Source of the DNA: an uncultured Pelagibacteraceae bacterium
GTDB taxonomy: Bacteria; Pseudomonadota; Alphaproteobacteria; Pelagibacterales; Pelagibacteraceae
Length of the DNA stretch: 64,000 nt
Direction of reading: 5' to 3'
Assembly: GCA_902524545.1 (NCBI GenBank)
Contig: CABZDW010000004.1
Coordinates: 6,988-70,987, forward strand
Shown piece after piece: positions 45,015 to 53,419 of the stretch (positions are counted from its first letter, which is position 1; each line of letters begins with the position of its first letter). A model generated the notes under the pieces. That model worked only from the letters and a program-made list of their open reading frames with translations. It made no database searches and was not told where the DNA came from. A program made the position numbers and the translations under genes.

Positions 45015-45335
45015 TTAATTAGATAGCTTAAAATAGCTGGATCCTTTTTTTCCAGAGAAAATTTCCTCAATTAAAGGATGTTTTATTGGTTCACCTGAGT
45101 CATCAACTAGAAGATTTTGCTCAGAAACGTATGCTTCATAGGTGATTTCATCATTTTCAGCTAAAAGATGATAAAAAGGTTGATCTTTTCTAGGTCTTAC
45201 ATTTTTTGGAATTGATTGGTACCATTCTTCGGAATTATTAAACTCAAAATCAACATCATAAATTACACCTCTAAAGTCAAAGTGTTTATGTTTTACAATA
45301 TCGCCAATTGAGAATTTAGCTTTTTGAATTGCCAT
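45015..45335 (-). CDS. hspQ: Heat shock protein HspQ (YccV-like)
   Basis: AKFSIGDIVKH, FRGVIYDVD, KDQPFYHLLAE, AYVSEQNL. Confidence 0.92.
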   Translation of the reverse strand: MAIQKAKFSIGDIVKHKHFDFRGVIYDVDFEFNNSEEWYQSIPKNVRPRKDQPFYHLLAENDEITYEAYVSEQNLLVDDSGEPIKHPLIEEIFSGKKGSSYFKLSN

Positions 45336-45423
45336 TATGTTTAGTATGGGTATTTAAAATTAAAAATCAATAAGAAAAATTAAAAGTTTTTACGAAAATA
45401 TTATTTGTGTTAATATCATACTT

Positions 45424-45975
45424 GTGAACAAATCATTTTTAAAGTTTCTAACAGATTTTGGACCTTTAGTAATTTTTTTTTACTACTACTACGATAGTGG
45501 AAAAGACTTAAAAATTGCCATTCCTCCATTTATTGTTGCGACAATAATAGCATTATCAATCGTATGGTTTTTAGAAAAAAAGATACCAAAGGTTACTTTG
45601 TTAAGCGGAGTTTTAATTACTTTTTTTGGTAGCTTAACAATTTACTTTAACAACCCAGTTTTTATTTATATTAAACCAACAATTATAAATATTCTTTTTG
45701 CATTTGCTTTGATATTCGGAAGATACTTCACAAATGAACCTTTTTTAAAAAAATTAATTGGCAAGTCTATCTCACTAACGGATGAAGGTTGGGAGGTGTT
45801 AAATAAAAGATGGATATATTTCTTCTTTTGCCTTGCAATACTCAACGAAATAGTTTGGAGAACTCAATCTGAAGAATTTTGGGTAAACTTTAAAGTATGG
45901 GGATTATTACCAATTACATTTATATTTACTGCATTCCAAGTAAGTTTAATAAATAAATATAAAACAAATGAGTAA
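45424..45975 (+). CDS. yciB: Inner membrane septation protein A (IspZ/YciB)
   Basis: DFGPL, FIYIKPTI, LNEIVWR, WVNFKVWG. Confidence 0.9.
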   Translation: MNKSFLKFLTDFGPLVIFFYYYYDSGKDLKIAIPPFIVATIIALSIVWFLEKKIPKVTLLSGVLITFFGSLTIYFNNPVFIYIKPTIINILFAFALIFGRYFTNEPFLKKLIGKSISLTDEGWEVLNKRWIYFFFCLAILNEIVWRTQSEEFWVNFKVWGLLPITFIFTAFQVSLINKYKTNE

Positions 45976-46309
45976 TAATTTACGTCTAATAATCAATAAC
46001 GTTAATAAAAAGAATATTGAAGAGAAACATTTTTTTGAGAAAGATGAATTAAAGGTAATTTTAAACTTATACGCAAAAATGGTCTCTGAAGGATCATGGA
46101 AAGATTATGGGCTTAATATTTCAAGCAAACAAGTTGGTTTTAGTGTTTTTAAAAATACTACCGAAAATGCCTTGTACAAGATTTGCAAAAATTTTAAGCC
46201 GAAAAATAATAATCTTAAATATCTAATTACAGATGCAAATGGAAAAATAATTAAAAATTCTTCCAATTTAGGTAGTTTGTTAAGAAATATTAATTGGAAA
46301 AAACTTTAA
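45968..46309 (+). CDS. DUF2794-like protein
   Basis: FEKDELKVILNLYAKMVSEGSWKDY...FSVF pattern typical of this alphaproteobacterial family. Confidence 0.75.
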   Translation: MSNNLRLIINNVNKKNIEEKHFFEKDELKVILNLYAKMVSEGSWKDYGLNISSKQVGFSVFKNTTENALYKICKNFKPKNNNLKYLITDANGKIIKNSSNLGSLLRNINWKKL

Positions 46310-46310
46310 A

Positions 46311-47081
46311 TTATCTTCTTTGGCCAAAAAGTCTAAGCAACATAATAAACAAATTAATAAAGTCTAAATAAAGCGTTAATGCACCCATCACAGCTTTTTT
46401 ACCCATTAGCTCGCCTGTGTCGCTAGCAGCATACATGTTCTTAATTTTTTGTGTATCGTAAGCAGTAAGTCCAACAAAAATTAAAACTCCTAAAATTGAA
46501 ATTACAAAATACATCATCGAAGATTTCATAAATATGTTAACTATTGATGCAATTATGATTCCAATTAATCCCATCATTAAAAATGATCCTAATTTTGTAA
46601 GATCTCTTTTAGTTGTGTAACCGTATATACTCATGGCTCCAAATGTTGCTGAACAAATGAAAAATACTCTTGTGATACTCATGCCGGTATAAACTAGTAA
46701 AATTGATGAAAGAGACAAGCCCATTAACGCAGCAAAAATCCAAAAAGTTGTTTGAGCTTTTGATGCACTCATTTTATTTATGCCAAAACTCATATAAAAT
46801 ACTACTCCAAGAGGAGCTAACATAACCAACCACTTAAACCCTGACATGTAGATTGCGTTACCCATTTGAGTTAGTCCAACTATGGATCCTGAACTATCAG
46901 TCACAACAGACATTTTAAAAGTTAAAAGTGCAATTATACCTGTCAGAAGAATTCCAGTTGCCATGTAATTATACACTTTAAGCATGTAGGCTCTTAAGCC
47001 TTCATCTGTAGCTGTTGCTGTAGCTGATTGTTGAGCAGCTTGTTTCGCTCTTCCTAAAATACTTTTTTTATTAAATTCCAT
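46311..47081 (-). CDS. Bax inhibitor-1/YccA family membrane protein
   Basis: DEGLRAYMLKVYNYM, YGYTTKRDL, AYDTQKIK, ALTLYLDFINLF. Confidence 0.92.
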   Translation of the reverse strand: MEFNKKSILGRAKQAAQQSATATATDEGLRAYMLKVYNYMATGILLTGIIALLTFKMSVVTDSSGSIVGLTQMGNAIYMSGFKWLVMLAPLGVVFYMSFGINKMSASKAQTTFWIFAALMGLSLSSILLVYTGMSITRVFFICSATFGAMSIYGYTTKRDLTKLGSFLMMGLIGIIIASIVNIFMKSSMMYFVISILGVLIFVGLTAYDTQKIKNMYAASDTGELMGKKAVMGALTLYLDFINLFIMLLRLFGQRR

Positions 47082-47159
47082 AATTAAATATATATAATCT
47101 TTTATTAATTATTCAAGATATCAAAAAAACAATAAAATGACTAAAATTGTAAAATAGTA

Positions 47160-48200
47160 ATGAATTACAAAAAATTAGGAAATACTGATCTAGATGTAAG
47201 TACAATTTGTCTCGGTACAATGACCTGGGGTGAACAGAACTCAGAAAAAGAAGGTTTTGAACAAATGGATTTTGCTTTAAACCAAGGTGTAAATTTTTGG
47301 GATACAGCAGAAATATATTCAATTCCAATGAGAGAAGAAACCTATGGAGAAACTGAAAGAATAATTGGTAATTGGTTTCAGAAAACAAAAAAAAGAAATG
47401 AAATTGTTCTGGCTACAAAAGTATGCGGGAATACTTCAAACAAATATATTAGAGGTGGCGGAAATAATTTTGGTAAAAAGAAGATTATAGAAGCTTTAGA
47501 TGAAAGTTTAAAGAGACTAAAAACCGACTATATTGACTTATATCAACTTCATTGGCCTGAGAGAAATACAAATTTTTTTGGTGATTATGGTTATGAACAT
47601 GATGAGAATGATAAAAATTGGACACCTTTTGAGGAAATTTTGGAAAGTTTAAAAAAATTTATTGAACAAGGTAAAATTAGATATGTAGGTTTATCAAATG
47701 AAACTGCCTGGGGTCTATCTAAATTTCTTGAACTCTCAAAGATGAAAGGGTTTCCAAAAATGATGTCAGTGCAAAATCCATATAATTTACTTAATAGAAC
47801 TTATGAGGTCGGGTTAGCAGAAATTTCAGTAAGGGAGCAAAGCGGCTTATTAGCTTACTCACCATTAGCGTTTGGGTATCTAACAGGAAAATATAGAAAT
47901 AATAAACTACCAGCAAAATCTCGGATGCAACTATTTAAAAATTTTAATCGATATAAAAATGAAAATGGTCAAAAAGCTATTGATGAATACTACAAAATTT
48001 CAAAAAAATATAATTTAGATTTTACTCAAATGTCCTTAAAATTCTGTGAAATTCAACATTTCACAACAAGCGTTATTATTGGAGCAACAACAATGGAACA
48101 GTTGAAAACAAACATAGAAAGTGTAAATGTAAATTTAAACAGTGATATAATTAATGATATTAACAAAATTCAACAGAAATACCCTAACCCATGTCCATAA
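47160..48200 (+). CDS. Aldo/keto reductase (Tas-like)
   Basis: CLGTMTWGEQN, DTAEIY, DLYQLHWP, GLSNET, AYSPLAFG. Confidence 0.9.
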   Translation: MNYKKLGNTDLDVSTICLGTMTWGEQNSEKEGFEQMDFALNQGVNFWDTAEIYSIPMREETYGETERIIGNWFQKTKKRNEIVLATKVCGNTSNKYIRGGGNNFGKKKIIEALDESLKRLKTDYIDLYQLHWPERNTNFFGDYGYEHDENDKNWTPFEEILESLKKFIEQGKIRYVGLSNETAWGLSKFLELSKMKGFPKMMSVQNPYNLLNRTYEVGLAEISVREQSGLLAYSPLAFGYLTGKYRNNKLPAKSRMQLFKNFNRYKNENGQKAIDEYYKISKKYNLDFTQMSLKFCEIQHFTTSVIIGATTMEQLKTNIESVNVNLNSDIINDINKIQQKYPNPCP

Positions 48201-48697
48201 TTAAAAGATTTATCTTCACGTTTCTATTTTTAATCATTCCTATTACAATTAGTTTAGCAGATATTAAAAAGGTTGGTAAATTCAAAGATTGGGAAACGTT
48301 AGTAGTCCAAGAAAGCTCTGGAAAAGTTTGCTTTGCTCAATCTATTCCAGTTTTACAGGCACCAAAAACAAATAAAAGAGATGCTAGATTATTTGTTACC
48401 TTCAGACCAAATGAAAAAATTTCTAATGAGATTAGTGCAACTGCTGGATATGAATTTAACAAAAATAATTCTGTTTTAGCGACATCAGGAAATAATAAGT
48501 TTAAATTTGATATTAAACAACAGGGTTTTGCTTGGATGACGAGTAATAAAAAAGAAAAAATAATGGTTAAAGTAATGAAAAAAGGATCAAGAATTATGGT
48601 TACTGGTTATAATGAAAAAGGATCACAAACTATAGATCATTATTCATTATTAGGATTCACAAAAGCCTATAATTCTGCAAAAAAAGCTTGCAGTTAA
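48191..48697 (+). CDS. Invasion-associated locus B (IalB)-like exported protein
   Basis: Signal peptide, GKFKDW, KVCF, MKKG, DHYSLLGFTKA, terminal Cys. Confidence 0.78.
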   Translation: MSIIKRFIFTFLFLIIPITISLADIKKVGKFKDWETLVVQESSGKVCFAQSIPVLQAPKTNKRDARLFVTFRPNEKISNEISATAGYEFNKNNSVLATSGNNKFKFDIKQQGFAWMTSNKKEKIMVKVMKKGSRIMVTGYNEKGSQTIDHYSLLGFTKAYNSAKKACS

Positions 48698-48700
48698 TAG

Positions 48701-49882
48701 ATGAAATCAAAAAAGAGAATTGTTTTAGCTTATTCAGGTGGGTTAGATACATCCATAATTCTGAAATGGCTTCAAGAAAATTATAATGCAGAAGTCATAT
48801 GCTATACTGCTGACATAGGACAAGAGATTAATCGAAAAAAAATAATTAACAATGCTAAAAAATTTGGTGTTAAAAATATTATAATTAAAGATTTAAAAAA
48901 TCTTTTCGTAAAAGATTATGTTTTTCCAATGATACGAGGTAATGCAATTTATGAAGGGGTTTATTTATTAGGAACTTCCATTGCAAGACCATTGATTGCG
49001 AAAGATCAAATAAGGATAGCTAAAAAATTTAAAGCATTTGCTGTATCGCATGGTGCTACTGGAAAAGGAAACGATCAAGTAAGATTTGAGTTAGGTTATC
49101 ACTACTTTGGCCCAAAGATAAAAGTTATCGCTCCTTGGAGAATTTGGAAATTAAAATCTAGAAGCGATTTGGTTAATTATGCAAAAAAATATGGGATACC
49201 TATTCCAAAAGATAAAAAAGGTGCAACACCCTTTTCTGTTGATGATAATTTATTTCATACATCAACTGAGGGTAAGATTTTAGAAAATCCAAAAAATTCA
49301 GCTCCAGAATTTATTTTTCAACGAACAGTCTCACCTGAAAATGCACCTAATAAACCAACTTATATTTCAATCAACTTTATAAACGGTGATCCAGTTGGAA
49401 TAAATGGAAAAAAATTAAACCCTGAAAAAATTCTAACTAAGTTAAATTTTATAGCTGGAAAAAATGGCATAGGAAGAGTTGATTTAGTCGAAAATAGATT
49501 TCTTGGTATTAAATCAAGAGGAGTGTATGAAACTCCAGGAGGAACACTTTTAATTCATGCCCACCGAGCAATCGAGTCAGTGACGCTAGATAAAGATACA
49601 ATGCACAAAAAAGACTCGATCATGCCAAGATATGCAGAATTAATTTACAATGGTTATTGGTACTCTAAAGAGAGATTTAAATTACAAAAAATTATTGATC
49701 AAAAGAGAAATAAGGTAAATGGGTCTGTAAAACTTAAACTATATAAAGGGAATATCACTATCCAATCTAGAATTACAAAAAGCAATGCATACTCAATGAA
49801 AAAAGTTTCTTTTGAGGAAAATAAAACTTTCAATAAATCTAATGTTGAAAGATTTATTAATTATCACAAGAAAAAACTGTAA
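48701..49882 (+). CDS. argG: Argininosuccinate synthase
   Basis: LAYSGGLDTS, HGATGKGNDQVRFE, ENRFLGIKSRGVYETPGG. Confidence 0.96.
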   Translation: MKSKKRIVLAYSGGLDTSIILKWLQENYNAEVICYTADIGQEINRKKIINNAKKFGVKNIIIKDLKNLFVKDYVFPMIRGNAIYEGVYLLGTSIARPLIAKDQIRIAKKFKAFAVSHGATGKGNDQVRFELGYHYFGPKIKVIAPWRIWKLKSRSDLVNYAKKYGIPIPKDKKGATPFSVDDNLFHTSTEGKILENPKNSAPEFIFQRTVSPENAPNKPTYISINFINGDPVGINGKKLNPEKILTKLNFIAGKNGIGRVDLVENRFLGIKSRGVYETPGGTLLIHAHRAIESVTLDKDTMHKKDSIMPRYAELIYNGYWYSKERFKLQKIIDQKRNKVNGSVKLKLYKGNITIQSRITKSNAYSMKKVSFEENKTFNKSNVERFINYHKKKL

Positions 49883-49945
49883 TATTATATAGTTTTAGGA
49901 CAATTTATGGTTTGTTAAATTTATTTTAAGTTATATCTTAGAAAC

Positions 49946-50404
49946 ATGGAATCATTTAGAAATTGGATGAGAGATACAGCGAACATATTGTTTGACGATA
50001 GTAAAAATGATCTACGTTCACTTCCTAAAACTGTTAGGTTGCAAATTTTATTAGTTTTGAGCTTTATTTGGACAACAGTTTTTAGTTTATACGTATTTTC
50101 ATATACAACTTTTGTATTTGGTTGGACTGGACTTTTTTTAGCTCATATTGGTTTGATCTTTGCTGTTTATATGACCTTTAAACATTTTCACAGGGCTGAA
50201 GAAAATTCATCTAGTGTTTTTAAAACAAAAAATTTTGACCCCTTTAAAATAATGGTCCTCGTTTTTGTGATCGTATTTATATTCGTATTTTCAAAAGGAA
50301 TTGAAGTTCTAACAAGTCCAAACCCCTACTCTTATTCAATACCATATGATGGTTCATCAAAATCCGTATTTGAAAAATGGTTACCATTTAGTAAAGACAA
50401 ATAA
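49946..50404 (+). CDS. Hypothetical membrane protein (3 TM)
   Basis: 152-aa ORF with three hydrophobic segments; stop overlaps the start of the next gene. Confidence 0.7.
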   Translation: MESFRNWMRDTANILFDDSKNDLRSLPKTVRLQILLVLSFIWTTVFSLYVFSYTTFVFGWTGLFLAHIGLIFAVYMTFKHFHRAEENSSSVFKTKNFDPFKIMVLVFVIVFIFVFSKGIEVLTSPNPYSYSIPYDGSSKSVFEKWLPFSKDK

Positions 50405-50784
50405 TGGAAAAAGTAGCGAAAAATTTACAACTTATTTTAATGGTTATTATTTTAGTAAGTACAGTAATTGCCGTGGGTATAGAGATGTATAAAATGTTTG
50501 AAAACAGGTCAGTTACTTTAGCTGATTTACTATTAATGTTTCTTTACCTAGAAGTACTTGCTATGGTGCGAGTTTTTTGGAACCAACAATCAATAAGCAT
50601 TACATTACCACTTTTAATAGCTATTACTGCTTTAGCACGATTTATAATTCTTCAAGGAAAAGAAATGGATCCAACAGCATTAGTTTATGAAGCAATTGCT
50701 ATAGTGTTGATTGCAGGTGCAATAGTTATTCTTAGATTAAGACATAGCGATAAACTTGGTCTTAAGAAGAAAAAATCAAAATAA
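50404..50784 (+). CDS. PsiE family membrane protein
   Basis: LADLLLMFLYLE, PLLIAITALARFIIL. Confidence 0.82.
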   Translation: MEKVAKNLQLILMVIILVSTVIAVGIEMYKMFENRSVTLADLLLMFLYLEVLAMVRVFWNQQSISITLPLLIAITALARFIILQGKEMDPTALVYEAIAIVLIAGAIVILRLRHSDKLGLKKKKSK

Positions 50785-50790
50785 ATAAAA

Positions 50791-51930
50791 ATGAAGTTTG
50801 ATGCCTCTAGGGCTGCGGCCTTAAACAAATTAAACAATTTTGTTGAAGAAAATCTTGCTGAATATTCCAAATTAAGGAATTTTGATTTTGGACCAGAAAA
50901 GAGAACCAATGTATCCTGTTTATCTCCTTACATTACCCACGGAGTAATAAACGAGAAAGAAATAATTGAAAAATCACTTAGCAAACTTTCTTTTTCAAAA
51001 AATGAAAAATTTATTCAAGAAGTTTTGTGGCGAACGTATTGGAAGGGCTGGTTAGAATTAAGACCAAACGTTTGGACAGATTATTTGATTGAATTGAATA
51101 AAATTAGAGAAGTTTTTAAGGATAATCAAAACTATAAAAACGCTATTGAAGGAAAAACAAATATTGAATGTTTTAATTATTGGGTAAATGAACTTAAAGA
51201 AAACAACTATTTACATAATCATACAAGAATGTGGTTTTCAAGTATTTGGATTTTTACTTTGGAGTTGCCCTGGCAATTAGGAGCGGAATTTTTTATGCAA
51301 CACCTTTATGATGGAGATGCTGCGTCTAACACTCTTGGTTGGAGATGGGTAGCTGGGGTTCAAACGCAAGGAAAACATTATCTAGCCAGTGAATGGAATA
51401 TTAAAAAATTCACAAATAATAGATTTAATAACATTAAGTTAAATGAGAACGCTCCCCCTAAGGTTTCAGAAAAAACTTATTCAATTGTCAAACAAGATTT
51501 TAGTAATAAAAATTTAGATGATAGAAATCTTTTAATTTTTGAAAATAATTTATCATTTGAAACTAGTGATTTCCAAAATAATGAATTTAAAAAGATTTAT
51601 ATAATTTCAAATAAAAATGAAACTAGATCTATAAAATTAAGTGAAAATGTTATCAAATTTAAATTACTTTTAATTGATGACCAAAAGCAAAGATTAAATG
51701 ATAAGTCTATAAGTTGTGAAAAAATAGATATAAATGAAATTAAAAATATAGATGAGAGAGTTATCGCGTTATATCCAAATGTTGGCGAAAGCCTGGATTT
51801 CTTAAATTCGAATGGTTTAAAATTTGATTTTCTGTATAGAAAACTAGATCAATATTCTTGGCAATATTGTAATAAAGGTTTTTTTAATTTTAAGAACTAT
51901 ATTCCAAAAATAATTTCAACCTTTAATTAA
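50791..51930 (+). CDS. Photolyase-family protein with N-terminal FAD domain (inverted-topology NewPHL-like)
   Basis: Begins at once with catalytic-domain motifs (YSKLRN, VSCLSPYITHG, EKFIQEVLWRTYW, YLHNHTRMWF, LYDGDAASNTLGWRWVAG), followed by a small alpha/beta-like C-terminal domain. Confidence 0.85.
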   Translation: MKFDASRAAALNKLNNFVEENLAEYSKLRNFDFGPEKRTNVSCLSPYITHGVINEKEIIEKSLSKLSFSKNEKFIQEVLWRTYWKGWLELRPNVWTDYLIELNKIREVFKDNQNYKNAIEGKTNIECFNYWVNELKENNYLHNHTRMWFSSIWIFTLELPWQLGAEFFMQHLYDGDAASNTLGWRWVAGVQTQGKHYLASEWNIKKFTNNRFNNIKLNENAPPKVSEKTYSIVKQDFSNKNLDDRNLLIFENNLSFETSDFQNNEFKKIYIISNKNETRSIKLSENVIKFKLLLIDDQKQRLNDKSISCEKIDINEIKNIDERVIALYPNVGESLDFLNSNGLKFDFLYRKLDQYSWQYCNKGFFNFKNYIPKIISTFN

Positions 51931-51939
51931 GGTTAAATT

Positions 51940-52086
51940 TTATTCATTCTCCAATTTAAATTTTTTTCTATTATAAATTTTTTTTTCGTTTTTTACTATT
52001 TTATTTCTTAACATTGGTGAACTTAACAATTTTGCTATTGGATTCTTTTTTTTAATTTTTTTTCTTTTTTTGATTTTCTTTCCCAT
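51940..52086 (-). CDS. Small basic ArfA-like protein (48 aa), not in ORF track
   Basis: Manual translation MGKKIKKRKKIKKKNPIAKLLSSPMLRNKIVKNEKKIYNRKKFKLENE*; starts 6 nt after the upstream gene's stop. Confidence 0.7.
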   Translation of the reverse strand: MGKKIKKRKKIKKKNPIAKLLSSPMLRNKIVKNEKKIYNRKKFKLENE

Positions 52087-52092
52087 AAAAAG

Positions 52093-52794
52093 TTATCTTG
52101 CAAGCTTTATAAAAATATCACCCATGCCAGCCTCTAAATTTTCTAAAGGTGTATTATTTCTAAATTCACAAAATCTTCCAGTTATCTGATGACTTTTTAC
52201 GAAATCTATCTCGTCCTTTTGACATTTTTTACCATTATGTAGTAAACCTATTACTATTTGATCGTTGATGCTGTAAACTTGTTTATTATTAATCTTATCA
52301 CCATCACAAAAATAATCTTTATTTACTCTATTTGGAAAGTCTTCTTTTTTGCAGGGATTTTTAATTGTAAAAACAAAAAACTCTTTTACACCGTCACTAA
52401 ATTTATATTTCATTTTTTGAACCTCAGAGTATTTCATAATATCACATGAACATGGAATGCAGCATTTATAATAGCTACCGCAAATCTTAGTTTTAGTTTT
52501 TCTTTCATTAACAAATATAAAATCTGGCTGACTGTTAGGATCAATTAACGAGCCAGATACAGCACAATATAATTTGTTGTACTCAATAAAATCTTTATAA
52601 GTAACATCTTTATCAATTATATATTTAAAGAATTTTGGGCCTGCAGCATTTCTATTTTTATCTGGAAATATTCTTGACCAGTCATTAATCAAATCTTTGT
52701 AATAGTTTTTTTCTGATGAATTTGAGATATTTGAAAAAGACAAAACTAGAGCAATAATGACCGATGTCTTAATTATATTTTTTAAAAATCTCAT
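52093..52794 (-). CDS. Exported cysteine-rich hypothetical protein
   Basis: Signal peptide; 10 Cys including CGSYYKCCIPCSCD. Confidence 0.8.
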   Translation of the reverse strand: MRFLKNIIKTSVIIALVLSFSNISNSSEKNYYKDLINDWSRIFPDKNRNAAGPKFFKYIIDKDVTYKDFIEYNKLYCAVSGSLIDPNSQPDFIFVNERKTKTKICGSYYKCCIPCSCDIMKYSEVQKMKYKFSDGVKEFFVFTIKNPCKKEDFPNRVNKDYFCDGDKINNKQVYSINDQIVIGLLHNGKKCQKDEIDFVKSHQITGRFCEFRNNTPLENLEAGMGDIFIKLAR

Positions 52795-52945
52795 TTATTT
52801 AGACTAAAATTTATGGTTAGAGTTCAGTCTAGATTAATAGTTGTAACTTTCTAGTGTTAAATATAAACAATATGTAGTTTTTGTTTAAACATTTGTCGCA
52901 CTAAATTAACCTTTTAAATTATTAATTTTTATATATTAAAAACAA

Positions 52946-53419
52946 GTGAAAAAAATTAGTTCAATTATCTGTTTACTAGTATTAATTTTCGTACCAACGA
53001 TTACATTTGCAAATATAATTAATCAACTTAATGAGACTGGCAAATTTACTAAATTAAATGAAACACTAACTAAGTCGGGTTTAGATAAAAATCTGGAGGG
53101 CGATGGACCATTTACAATTTTTGCACCATTAGATGATGCATTTGCTGCAATTAGTGCACAAACATATTACGGCCTCTTAAGAGAAGAGAATAAAGAAAAA
53201 CTAATAAACATCTTAGGAAGACATGTTTTTTCAAAAAAAATAAATTCTTCAGAAATAAACGGTGAAATAAAGATTAAGGCAATTAACGGTGAAGAAATAA
53301 CGATTAAAAAGGTTAATGGAATTGTTTATATAAATGAGGCTGAAGTTGTAACGGCTGACATTGAAACTCCGAATGGTGTAATCCATTTTATAAATAGAGT
53401 TTTGCAACCTTTAAATTAG
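52946..53419 (+). CDS. Fasciclin (FAS1) domain protein
   Basis: Signal peptide, GPFTIFAP, NGVIHFINRVL. Confidence 0.92.
   Translation: MKKISSIICLLVLIFVPTITFANIINQLNETGKFTKLNETLTKSGLDKNLEGDGPFTIFAPLDDAFAAISAQTYYGLLREENKEKLINILGRHVFSKKINSSEINGEIKIKAINGEEITIKKVNGIVYINEAEVVTADIETPNGVIHFINRVLQPLN

Noticed and set aside
51918-51934. AACCTT/AAGGTT hairpin between convergent genes as a bidirectional terminator
   Set aside because: Only a 6-bp AT-rich stem without a clear U-tract.
49902-52818. Identical 11-mer AATTTATGGTT in two island spacers (49902, 52808)
   Set aside because: AT-rich 11-mer with only two copies; chance cannot be excluded by eye.
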